From contig CP000069.1 in the NCBI GenBank assembly GCA_000002445.1, forward strand, positions 896,001 through 960,000: 64,000 bases of DNA. Reading direction: 5' to 3'. The DNA comes from Trypanosoma brucei. Its lineage: Eukaryota. Below, one piece after another: positions 30,687 to 43,400 of the stretch; the first letter of the stretch is position 1, and every line of letters starts with the position of its first letter. Below the pieces are notes generated by a model that was not told where the DNA came from, did no database searches, and was given only the letters and a program-made list of their open reading frames with translations. Both the position numbers and the translations under genes were made by a program.

Positions 30687-31253
30687 AGGAGGTATAATTA
30701 AAAAAAAGTAATAATAATACAATAAGCGGCAAGTTGTGTGTTTTTCACGGTTGTTGGGTTTTATGTGAATGCGACGCAAATAGTGGAACGGTGATGTCCC
30801 ACAACCGCAATGATTTAGCCATTATTTTTGACCGCATACTGCGCACAAATGCACCCAAAGAAATGCGTATGTGCACTGGTATTTGTGTGAGCTGCAAAGA
30901 AGGGAGGTGATGAATATGCTGATTTTTTTATTTCCGGTATGTGTTTGTCACGGAATGTTTAATATTTTCTTTTGTATTTTTTCCCTTTTATTTCGTCTCT
31001 CCAACTGTGACAGTGCGATGATTGCTCTCTTTTTTTTTTGTTTCGCAGAGAGCCTTTCTAAAGTTTTTTTGGCTCGTTTCTACTGTCTTGCTTCCCTTTC
31101 GATTTATTGCTTCAACCCGATTGATATACTACGCTACCGCTCCTTCTGCTTTCCTATCTTTTAAAAAATTTTCAATCTATCAATTTTTAATGTTTACACA
31201 TATATGTGTATATTAAACAATATACATTTTACACATTAAGTAATATCCGACAC

Positions 31254-31298
31254 CATCTTTTTTTTTGTTTCCCCCTCTCCCGTCGGGACTTCCAATAG
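31254..31298 (+). promoter_or_regulatory. polypyrimidine tract + AG upstream of Hydin, followed by a ~180 nt purine-rich leader
   Basis: ccatctttttttttttgtttccccctctcccgtcgggacttccaatAG; then a GA-rich sequence up to the ATG at 31480. Confidence 0.45.
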
Positions 31299-31479
31299 CT
31301 CCCGGTTGTTGGCGGAACCGGTAAAGCATAAAAAAGGAAAAAAAGGGATATCCAAAAGCAAGAAGAGGTGGCAGAAACTGAAACGAGAGGTAGAAGGAAA
31401 GGCGACAGCGACAGCGAAAGCGGAGGGAAGTGAAGTGTTTGAGATTTACTGAACAAGGAGTAGAGTAGGAACAACAACC

Positions 31480-34400
31480 ATGCCCGTAAAGCAACCGCCA
31501 AGGGTAACGAGGGAACGAAAAGCCGCCTCAGAAACTGCGGCACTTGAACTTCCAGCGACAAATGAAAACACGCGAAAGGCGGCTATGTCACCTTCTGGCT
31601 CATCAGAACAGGCTGTTTTTGAGGTTCATCCAAGAGAAATTGTCTTTGCGGATTTTGTCATGCACGAAAGCTATGAAGTTGCCCTTAGCTTGAAGAACAT
31701 ATCTAGGGAAGCGCAGTTTGTCCGTGTGCGACAATCGCATGACCGCTTTGTCACCCTTGTTTCACCGCTCCCGCATGCCAAATCAACAAAAGTTGCACCA
31801 GGACTAACCGTTGTGTACAAGGTAGTTTTCAGGTCAGAGGATGAGCGTGACTACAGCAGTGACATTATAGTGACAACTAGCCAGGAGGAGTTCACCATCC
31901 CTCTCCGTGCCATAGCGAATCGTGGGCGGCTGGATTTACCAGAATCGTTTGCCGTCTCGCCATCTCCGGTGAAGTGTAGTGGTTCGACTACATTGTTCCT
32001 TCGAAACAAGGGGAAATTGGACTGTCAATGGCGCGCTGTGTGTCAGGCACCATTTGCAATCTCTCCTTCTTCCGGCGTCGTTCCCTCGGAAGGGGGCGTT
32101 CTTCCCGTCAGTATTGTATTTACTCCACCAAAATTGCAGACCTATAGCGGTTCTATAGTTTTTCTTCTTGGCCCGGAGGAAAACGCCGTGCAGGAGCTGC
32201 CAGTTTCGGGTAGTGCAATGGAATTGTCTATCATACAGGATAAAAGCGAGGCGCTGTTCCCCGATACGTTTGTGACACTGGAGAGTCAAGTGATGATATC
32301 GGTTAGGAATGAAAGCGACCGCACGATACACTTTACGTGGAAAGCTGAACAGACTGATCATCAAGAAAAATGTGCAACTGAAAATGCTATTGCAGAACAA
32401 TCCGGGGCCCTTACTTACGCTGTGCTGTCTAATGCGGAGCATGAATCCACTCGACAACGGCTAGCTAGGGAATATATTGACCACATAACCAAGGGAGGCC
32501 GCGTTTTTGATGATGACGTCTTCACAATTGAGCCTGTTAGTGGTGTGATATACGGGAAAGGAAGTAGAGAGTTTATTGTGACCTTCAACCCGCAACTGGC
32601 TGTAAGCTACCTCTCAACTGCGTACCTCGATATTGAGGGTAAGAATCAGCGCCTTCCACTGCAAATGAAAGGGAAGGGTCTAGCCCCTCTATGTGAGTTA
32701 GAGTTTACTACTCTCGACATTGGTGATATTGTCGTTGGTGCTGTGCATGAATACAGAGTGGAAATCATTAACAAGGGTTGTGTTGAGGCCCGCTACAAGG
32801 TGATGCCACAGGATACGCTAATGGGAAGAAAATTCTCCTTTTCTCCCCCCGAGGGGGTCCTTCCACCTGGTACAACGGAAACGTTTGTCATTCGTCTAGA
32901 ATCTGATCTTTTGGGTATCATTTTGGAGACTTTTAACATACACATTCACGGTGCGCTTGATGGTTTAAAACTCTTCTTTCGTGGACGCGTTACGAGTCCT
33001 TCCTTGCAGTTTAATCGGAAAGAGTTGAACTTCGGTAATGTCTCGTATACCACTCACCATTCTTGCTCGTTACAGGTGATGAACACTGGAAGCTTTGATA
33101 TTCGGTACAAGTTGCGCATCCCCGAGTCGAGCCCCTTGTGCAACTGCATTACCGTCACCCCATGTGAAGGACTAATACCTGAGGGAGGTGTACATGATAT
33201 TTGCGTGGATCTTGTCTCGAATGCACTGGGGTCACGGGAAACCAAACTCCTCGTTGATGTAGAGGACGTTGGTGATGCTGTACACACACTTCCCATCAAG
33301 TTCTTTTGTCTTGTACCCACGCTACAACCTTCTCAAGACCAACTTCACTATGGGCATTGTTTCGTGGGGCACAACTACACCATGAACTTAGAAGTTGTTA
33401 ACAAGACCGCGTTGGTGGGGAAGTTTAGCGTATTTCTGCAGGAGTTGCTCGACACACAAGCAGACACAGCCATCGTTTCGATCGGCTCACCGGATAATAC
33501 TGACGGCGTAGAGGTGATTGAGGCCCGCAGCCGTTGCCTTGTTCCCATCACGTTGACACCGTTAGCAGTGGGTGAACTTCGCATGACACTCTATGTGCGT
33601 GTCCTTGGTTCGGAAGAGCAGTTAATGCCCGTTTTGGTAACTGCTTCTGCATGTGGTCCAACAGTGGTAGCGGTACCGAGGCATCTTTCTTTCGGGGGTT
33701 TACAACTTCTGGACGAAAAGGAGCTTCAGCTTACTCTCACGAATATGAGCAGCATTACTGCTTACTTCACAACTGAGTTTCTTCTGGGTGCTGCAAAGAC
33801 AGAAGAGCCGGTGTTCTTTTTGGAACCGACAGAAGGCGAAATAGAACCGGAGGGCACTTTCATCATTAAAGTGAGAGCGCGCTTGGACGAAGCGCGGACT
33901 TTCGAAGAGAAGATTAGGGTAGCGGTTCGCCACTCAGAGAAAACCTCTCAAGTTATTGACGTTGTCGCCAACGGGAAAGGTTATGCCCTGGTGCCTCAAG
34001 ACGATGCGGATGAATTCGATTTCGGTGACATTTTCACCGAAACGACTGTTGAAAAGAAGCTGATCATCTTAAATAAGGGGCGTCGTGATATTGAAGTTAT
34101 ATGGAGCGGTCTCAGTCGAAACCGGGCCGGAAGAGGTGGTATGCCCAATGTCTTCTCTGTAAATCCCGAAATGGCCCTCATACCCGCACGTAAATCATAT
34201 GAGTTTGTTGTCCAAGGGTATGCAACAACTAAGGGTGTATTTTCGGACTGCTTTACTTTAAAGGACAAGAACAGGTACAAGGTTGTTCTCTCCAAAAGCG
34301 TCCAGGGAAACTTCATCACTCCTTCAATAGCATACAGTACGAAGAAGGTTGTGTTTGATTACATCTACGGTACAGAAGGTGACACCGGTTGTGCTGTAAC

Positions 34401-37400
34401 GACAAAGACGTTTACGATGAAGAATACGTGCACTCGTACATTACATGTGTCACTCCGTTGCTTAACCCCGGCGAACGGAAGTAGCTCACCCTTTACACTC
34501 GAGAATCCAACAACCTTCGCTCTCTCCAGCGGTGAAACCCGCATTGTCGGTGTGACCTGTGATGCTCTCTACCGCCGAGACAACATCGCGCACTCGGCAA
34601 AGGGGCGTGTGCTGGTTACTTTTAGCAACCACACCACCACTGAGTATGTGTACCTTACGGTGAATATTGCTTTACCGAACGTTTCCATTGTGCCTGATAC
34701 ACGTCAGTTAAACTTTGGTTCGGTGCTAGCCGACACAGAGAAGCGGTTGCAGATAACTCTCACGAATCTATCGGAAATTGTTTCGGCGAACTTCCACTGG
34801 GGCATTGAGACACTTGGGCATCCGGCAGCGACATCCAACGCCAAAGTACCACTGGCAGAAGAAGAAGAACGCGAAGAGCAGCAAGAGCAGCAGTTGATAC
34901 GGAAGCACTTCGACATTATACCGTTCCGTGGTTCCATACCCCCTGGGGGGAAGACTGTTGTTGAAGCAGTTTTTTACGGTGCACGTGGGCGACACGAGGC
35001 GAACGCAAAGTGTAGTCTTGAAGGTGGCCCGAGTTACAGTGTGAATCTGATTGGTTGGAGCGACGTTGCTGTGCGGTTCGATCGCACAAGCCTGGATTTT
35101 GGTATTATGCACTACAAAGATAGAGCAACTAGAACCATTTGTATATCTAGTCCCTTACGTGTCGCTGTACCTTTCTCCGTAGACCTCACCAGATTGAAGC
35201 AACCAGAGTCGCTGACTGTAAGGCCGTTGAGAGGAACAGTCACTACCAAAGTGTACCTCACCGTTACGTTCGGTCCCATGATCCCAGAAGAGGTAATAGA
35301 AACTTTTACAGTGCAAGTTGGTCATTTGCACCCGCAAGTCATTAAAGTTCGTGGCCTGGGACAAGTGTCAACGATGTCGGTGGTACCAGGTGAGAAGAAT
35401 GTAAAACTGAGGCGTGTTGAGGATCCAATTTTTCAGGAATTTTTCAATGAGCTCAGTAAGCGAGAATGGGTGCCTCACCACACTAAAATGGGTTCCTCAA
35501 ACCCCATACCACATGTGGACCCTTCTGTGCTCGAAGCAGAGAGGTTGACCCTCTGTCAAACGATACTTCCCACCAGAGAACTGGTGCCATCGGTATGTTC
35601 GGCATCTCCACCTCCACAAACAACTACCTCGGAGGGTCAGCAGGAGGAAATACCACCTCTTCTCGCGCGGTATATTCTTGACTTTGGGCACGTTACGCGA
35701 CAAGATGTTCGGACAGCCAAACTTCTGTTGGTAAACACGTCGACGTGTAGTACCTCGATATCTCTGGAGAAGAATTCGCAGCAGCCTCCCGTTGTAACAG
35801 TGGAACCGCTAAAAATTCCTACTATGGCTCCGATTTCGCACACGGAGTTCGTCGTTACGCTTCATGCCAGTGAAATTGAAAAGGGTTCTACCGGTGCTGA
35901 TCGACGGGAAATTACGTTAAACCTTGCGAAGGGACCACGTGTTATTATTGAAGTACATTATTACTTGGCAACGCCCATGCTGACACCCGAATCGCATGTT
36001 GTGGATTTCGGTGATCTCCGACCAGGTCACATTCATGTAAAAAATGTTCATTTTTACAACAATGAAGCTGCGCCATGTAGTTGGACGTTCAAATTGATCG
36101 AAACAAAGAAGAAAGGAGAAGCGCAGGATCCCCGGAGAAGCCCATCAATTGAAACAGTTTACAAGAAGCAATTTAAAATTGGAAAGGAGCGGGGGATATT
36201 GCCGCCATATTCTTGTATGGCTGTTCAAATGAGTTTTCATTCGTGGTATGTTGGTCCTGCAAAGGCCAGGTTGCGCCTCCGTTTTGCATCCAACCCAAAC
36301 GATGAGTATATGACAATTATTGGTAACGTTAGAGATGTTAAGGTGAATATTTCGCCCACTCCCGTTAATTTCTTGCCACTTCTTCCGTGTGAAGCTGTGT
36401 ACCATACATTAACCATAACAAACAATGAGGAGCATCCCATTGAAGTTGTTTGTATGAACTATGATCAGAAGGTCCGCATTGAACGGAGAGCGTTACAACG
36501 TTTCTTACAGGGAGTTACACCAACTCAAGAAGAGAAAGGACTTTACCTTCCACTCCGGGAGGCGGGTGATGCCTTACCAGAGGGTTTGCTAGACGCAACG
36601 TTCGAAAATTTAAATGCCGAAGAGACTGCTCTTGAGTTCGTTGGTGTAGATGAGTCACTCGAAAGGGCATTAGAGCGGCGGCGTGGAAGTTACAGCTCAA
36701 GAGCGGGGCAAATAGGCCGACAACCATCCAGGAGACAATCTATGGACAAACCGGATGCGATCGCTTTACGCTCAAAAAGCTTAAGTTGCAAAAATTCATT
36801 TTCGGTTGTTAATCCTAAGGTTATCGTTGTTGTTGGACCTCCATGCTCTGGAAAAACCACCCAAACGCAGAAGTTGAAGGAAAGTTCCGGAGTTGTGGAG
36901 TTAGATTTGGATGCCATGATATTGTCTGAGGCGGAGTTTGACACGGCCGAAGGTGAATTAATTCGTGGTTTACTTTCTGACTACGACAAGCTTCATGCTG
37001 CTCCTCCAGTGATGCCTACGGGACGGCATAGTGACAAATTGAATCCGTTGTTGCCACTGGCTAACTCGAAAGTTGTGATTCTTCTTCATACACTCGTTGT
37101 TCGGCAACTGAAGAAGGTTGATAACGTGACCGCCGTAGTTATTGATGATTTGAAATCCATAATCACGGAAAATCGGGAGGCGGTGCTCTTCGCCATCAGT
37201 AAGGCTGCCCAGGTGACCGGTATGACACTGAAAATAATATCCCTTGGTGTGAGTGAGGTGACGGCTGACCTTCGGCGCAACCTTGACATACAGCGGAAAT
37301 GCAATGAAACAGCAGAGGCTGCTAAAATTCCACTCTTGACGGAAGAGGAGTACGAGGAGCTTAGTGAAGGGGAACGCGACACGTATAACCACCAGCTACT

Positions 37401-40400
37401 GTACTACAACAAATGTAAACGAGACCTTGCGGATGTCACTAAGGAAGTGACACGATTGGCAGAAGAAAAAGAAAACAATGAACAGCATACGGTGCAGAAA
37501 GTGATCGACGCCGAAATGGCAGCGAAAGAGGAAATGGAGGAAAGAATGCGGGCATCAACGAAGGGGAAAAGATATGTGCCGGAACAGCGGCCGGCACCGG
37601 TATGGCACAAACTTAGTGACCTGGAGAGATACAAGGAACTTTACATTCATCTCCGCGAGAGAAAAGATTTGGATCACATCATTGTTGACGGGGAAAATTG
37701 CAAAGACCTTACCGAGCATGTAATTTCAAATGAAAATAGCAACGGTGCACTCGATGCATTTTTACGGGGGTCTGTAACGGAAAATGCCAATGATAAAAAC
37801 CGGTTGATAAATATATGGAATTTTGGAGCGAATGGCGTGTGGGAGTTTGTGTCAGAGGAGTATCTCAATACGACTCACGAAGCATATGAGGGCTTACGTA
37901 TATTTTCTCGTACACCTCGCGATCTTTCAACCAAAAAAAACCCTAAGGGTGCAGTACCGGTGGTTGCGTCACCATTGGTGGAAGCCAGTAGGTGGTTGAT
38001 TGCACCAATGTCATCAACAGACGTTACTCTTGTCTTCTGCAGTAGCAGACTTGGCCAGTTCTCAACTCCACTAACCTTCGGAATAACGGGAACAAGTCAG
38101 CAAATCGTTGTTCCAGTTGCTACCAGCACACTGTATCCAGATATTTGCCGTGACGAGAAAAGGATATTTAGAACTGTTAAGACGCGAGCTGTGGCGGGTC
38201 GCCAGGTAAGTGGTGTTTTTCTCTTGTCCAAGCGCTCGTACGAGTTTGGGCCTTTAATTGTCCACGGGAATGATGGTAGTGCTTGTGGGAACAGTAAAGT
38301 GTCCTCATCGCTCCGCAATGAGTCTCCCTCCATGGGGAAGAGTACTTCCTCTTTCCGGGGATGGGTGGCACAAGATACCTTGACGCTTACAAATGATGGT
38401 ATTGTTCCCGCCGAAGTAAACATGTCGTTTGGCAAGGAAAAGGACCTCACCTTTGCTGTCGCACCAAACAAGGTTACTATCCCCGTTGGGGAGACTGTAA
38501 CGGTGATGCTCCGCGCTAACCCGGAATCAATTGGAGAAATAACAGCAAAGCTTGTTGTGACTGTTCGTGACAACCCGGCTCCTTGGTTTGTGAATGTGTC
38601 TTGCATTGGGACGCGGCCATCTGTGACACTAGATGGCAAAAGGGATTTGGTAGTGCAGTACGGCCGTTCGTTGGTTACTAGACCTGTGGAAAAAACGTTC
38701 ACTATTTCTAATGTAAGTTTTGTGCCTGTGCACTGGCGGATCACTGGAATGGACAAATTGCCCAATGAATTTGAACTGAGCGCTACGAGCGGTGTACTCG
38801 AGGTCAGTGGAGCTCAAAAACTTGCCCTCGCCTTCAAACCAATAAAGCCCGGAATGCATTCTTTATCGCTCAAAGTTGAGGTGATGGACTCCGAGGAGGC
38901 GCTGTACGAGTCTCTTCCTCTAACAATTAAGGCTGAAGCCCACGATGCAGTGGTGGAATGGACGCGGCATGTCAACTTTAAGATGATACATGTTGGTGAA
39001 ACGAAAAAGGAGCTGATCCGCATACTAAACAAAAGCCCGTACGATATTGGGTATATGTTACGTATGCCTAAGGCACTTCAAAATGTGATTACTCTTTCTC
39101 CCGTTTCTGGTACTGTCCGAGGCTTGATTGGGTACAGAGATGCTGCGATAGCCTCAGTGGAAGTTTCCATTCGTTTTGACAGGGAAGGTGAAATTCCCCC
39201 CACACTTGGCGTCATTGAGGCATCTTTTTACGATCCCCAGTCAAACGAGCTACTTTACCCAGTTCAAAACATTACCGTAACAGGAGAGGCGTGGTACAAC
39301 CAATTTTCCGTCAGGCCGTCCTTTATCGATTTTGGTCCATGTGTCGCACATCAAAAGAAGGTGTCCACATTTGAGTTGCGTAACACAGGCAGGTTTCCAC
39401 TGAATTTCAAACTCTTCAACTACAAGAAGGCTATGTCAGTGTCCACTCCAGAGGAAGAGGAATTTGTCCCCCGAAGAGGCCGAAAAACGGCTAAGGGTGA
39501 TGTCGGCTTTCAACTGGGGTCATTTAACATATCACCAAATGTGGGTGTAGTTGGTGTGGGGGACTCTTGTACATTCAATGTCACGAGTGTTCTGAGTAAC
39601 CTACAGGACCAGCGAGAGGTACTGGGAATACATGTGGATCACTGCGACCCTGAAATTGAAAAAACTGGAACAGCATTTCACATTGTTGCATCACCTACAA
39701 CACCCGGTATTGTGGGTAACCTTTCTTCGTCGTTGGATGTGGAAACTGTGTTTGAGGAACAGCAAATTGTTACAAGTTTGTCATGTTTCAACGGCCCTGT
39801 ACGTGCTTTTGCCAAGGAAGAGTGTCTATTCTCATTTGGGCAGTCGCTATTGGGAAGCAGAGTTGAAGAGCGGTTCCGCATTGCAAACCTTTGCACTCTC
39901 ACATGCACAGTCAAGGTCCGACTCCTTCCCAAGAATATGTACGAATGGAAAGAGAAGGATAGAAAAGACCGAAAGGACAAAAGTGCGCACGGCACTGCAG
40001 AAGGTTTTCTACTTCTCATAGATGGTGAGCTGCGTGAAGAGGGCACGATAGAGCTCTCCTCCTTCGAAAGTCGCTTTGTTACTGTATGTTTTGCACCGCA
40101 GACCTTGCAATCGTTTACCGCGCGCTTTGAAGCTATCGCCGTAGATGGAACGAACCCTGCCACCAACTCGCTTCGCTTCGACCTTGCGGGTGAGGGAATC
40201 CTTCCCACAGTGCAGTATATTTTTCCACCGCCACTGCAAATTACGGCTCCCATAATCGTGAACACAGTATCTGGAACTGGGGGGAAAGGGAAAGGGAAGG
40301 AGTCGAGAAAGGCAGCCGTGGCAAAACCAACTGCGCATGAGGTTGCACCTCCTCCACCCGCCGATACTATACAAATGCCATTAACATTTGTGGGGTCGTC

Positions 40401-43400
40401 TGTAACAAGGTGCTTCCGTGTCCGTAATAACTCAGACATTCCCGTACATATTCGCCTCACAGCACCGGATGACGTCCCGCTAGGCATGACTGTAACAAAA
40501 CTTAAGGAGCAACTTCTCGTCCCCCCGACTGGAGAGGAAGCATTCAGTGTGACTCTGGCCCCTCATAAAGTTGATAAATGGAAGACACGCCTTCGTGTGT
40601 CGGTAACGGAAAACCCGTTCGATGACCGCGAACTGTGGGTGGTTGGGGAAAGTTTCCATCGACCAATATCGTTCCATAACACGGACCCTCTGATGGAGGA
40701 ACGTCTAACCTTGGGTTACTGGTATCTGTCACAAGTAAAAGAGCACACATTCACCGTCGCCAACAACACACCATTCGCTGTGCGTTTTGAATGGAACCAA
40801 TCTTCACGTGCGCTTTCCTTTTCCCCACGTGTGGGTCACTTACCGTCGGGTGCTTCCAGAGACATAACCGTGCGCTTATATAGTGAAGCAGTTTCGAAGG
40901 ATAATGTGCTCTGCGTTATGCAGGTTACATCTATTGAATGTGTGGACGGGGACGACTGGGACGACAGGCAGACGAAGGAGAGGTGGCTCAGCACCGTTGT
41001 GTCTGAAACTGATGATGTATCTGCCATTTCTGATGGCGAAGGTCGTCCAACATTTCGAAAAGTTGTTGGAGCCGTGGCAGAGCCTGCGTACCGAGCCACT
41101 GAAAACTTTAGTTGCAACAAGAATCTGGTTGTTAGTTACGCATGTGAGCCGACAACTTATGAACTCACACTGCCGTCGAATGAGAATGTAGAGCTCTCCG
41201 AGGGGATAACGTTTCCCACAACAAAGATATTTCAGAAGCGGTTCATCACAATGCGCATCGAGAACACTGGACCGAACGTCCTACCGTTCTCCATTGAGGT
41301 GAAAAAGAATGAAGATGAGGAACGAACTTCACTCGATCTCTCTGGAGTTTTCATTGCTGAGCCTTCTTCTGGTGCTGTGGAGCCTCACACAACTTGCGAT
41401 GTACGAGTCACCTTTGCACCGAAGTGTGTTGATGTAGCAGACAGGGTGCTTGTTGTCAACCTGAAGCACAGCGCAAAACCCCAGCACATTATACCACTCC
41501 AAGGATCCGCTGAATGCCCACTGGTGCACTTCAACATTCCTCAATGTGATTACTTTTCCACACGCGTTGATGGTGAAGCCGGGAGCGTCATTCTTCCAAA
41601 CACGATTCCTGTTGTATTTAACGTTTGCGGATTGAACACTAAATCTGTTGTCACTTTCAAAGTAATTAACCCGACAGCAACGATTCAGCGGTACGAGTGG
41701 ATCAGTAACGAGATGTCGCGACATTTGGCTCCTTTCCGCTGCTTAACACCTGCTGGCTCTATTTCTGCGGGGAAGCAGTGTGAGATGGCGTTCGAGTATA
41801 CCTCTACTTCACTGGCGACGCGCGAATCGCTGTGGAATTTTTTCATCTCTGGTCAAACATCTGTACCCTTCATGCTGGTGGGGAAAGCGCATGAGCCGAA
41901 TTTGTTTTTGAATGTCAATAAGGTTTTCTTTGGTGGCACCCCCGTTGGAAGCAAAAACGAGCGCGTTGTTATATTGGAGAACAAGGAAGACTCACCATTC
42001 TCTTTTTCGTTTGATAATGCGTCGATGAATTCGGAGAAGGACTTTGTTGGGATGAAACCGACGCGCGGTGTAGTTCAGGCAAAGTCTTCCGTACAAATCA
42101 CTATTTGGTTCTGCCCCAAGGAAGAAATCGCTGTCAACATGAAGTTGGTATGTCGGGTGAAGCGGGCGAGCAACCCCCTAACCATCAACGTGAAGGGTGA
42201 AGGCCTGCGGACCCATTCATCCATGTGTATTGAGGACGTGGAAGGGGCTGAACACAAGGAACCCATCGTGGTTACGCCGTATCACCCATTCCAGTACAAT
42301 TTGGGCCGTACGCAGGTGAATACAATAGTGAAGAAGAAACTTGTTATATCCAATGAAGGAAGTTGCCCCTTTGATTTTGTAATGACGACGCCCGAACACA
42401 GGTTTCTTACTTTCAGTGGAACATTTGGCACTCTGCAACCGAAACAGCGAGCAGAGGTTACACTCGTGTACTTCCCTACATCGTCCGAAGCGTTGCGCAA
42501 CCTAACTTTGGCATGCCGAATTTCTAAACGTGTTGTGTACACTATTCGATTGTCAGCCGCGAGCTACACACCGAAGGTCATGCTTGGATTCTCAAGGTAC
42601 GATTTTGGTCTATGCTTCGTTTCCGAATACATGTGTGGTCAAACCCCACCGTCAGTGTTGTTGAACCTCACAAACGGGGAAACTGACGAATCCGTAACGG
42701 TTGACTATATTCTTCCCGAGGGTCAGTATTTTGACATGGACACCGCTTCTACCGTGCTAGCGCCCGGCGAAACGAAGCGAGCGAAAATAACGTTTAACCC
42801 CGCTGAAGTAGGAGAATTCGGTTGTGATTTGAAGTTGCTCGTGAACGGTCATTATCCATTATTCGTGCCCATTAGGGGTGAGGGTGTCGTGCCACGCATT
42901 GAAGTATCAAGTCGGTTTCTGCGGTTGGGAGTTGCACGCATAGGTGAACGTCGTACCGCTGAACTCCGTCTAGAGTGTAGAAGCCGGACTTTGACGACAG
43001 TTTCGCTTGCCAACTGTATCGATGTTGAATTGGCGGCAAGGGGTATTTCGCTTTTCCCTAGTGAAGAATTTGTGATGCGACCCGACGAAGCGCGCACTAT
43101 AACTGCAGTGTTTAAACCCCAAAGTCGTATGGCAGAGTTCCAACGGGAAATAAGCATGGTGGTGTGCGGGAAGGAAATGCCATTTGCCCTCATTACGGCT
43201 TCCTGCGAGGATGCTGAGGTACATTTGGATGTTCAAAATGTACTCTTCAACAATGTTGTAGTCGGTGCCGTTTCAACTCAGCGGGTTGTCATCATGAACA
43301 GTGGTGATATCTCCCAACGTTTTTCGTGGGATGCCGCTATGAAGACAAACAGAGACCTGAAAATCATCCCCGCCGCAGGCGTTATTCGTGCGCATGCGGA

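Noticed and set aside
39678-40487. 269-aa minus-strand ORF (plus several 60-220 aa minus-strand ORFs at 31936-44585)
   Set aside because: These lie entirely antisense within the continuous, clearly coding Hydin ORF. They are low complexity (Ser/Arg/Cys-rich) and inconsistent with the unidirectional array.
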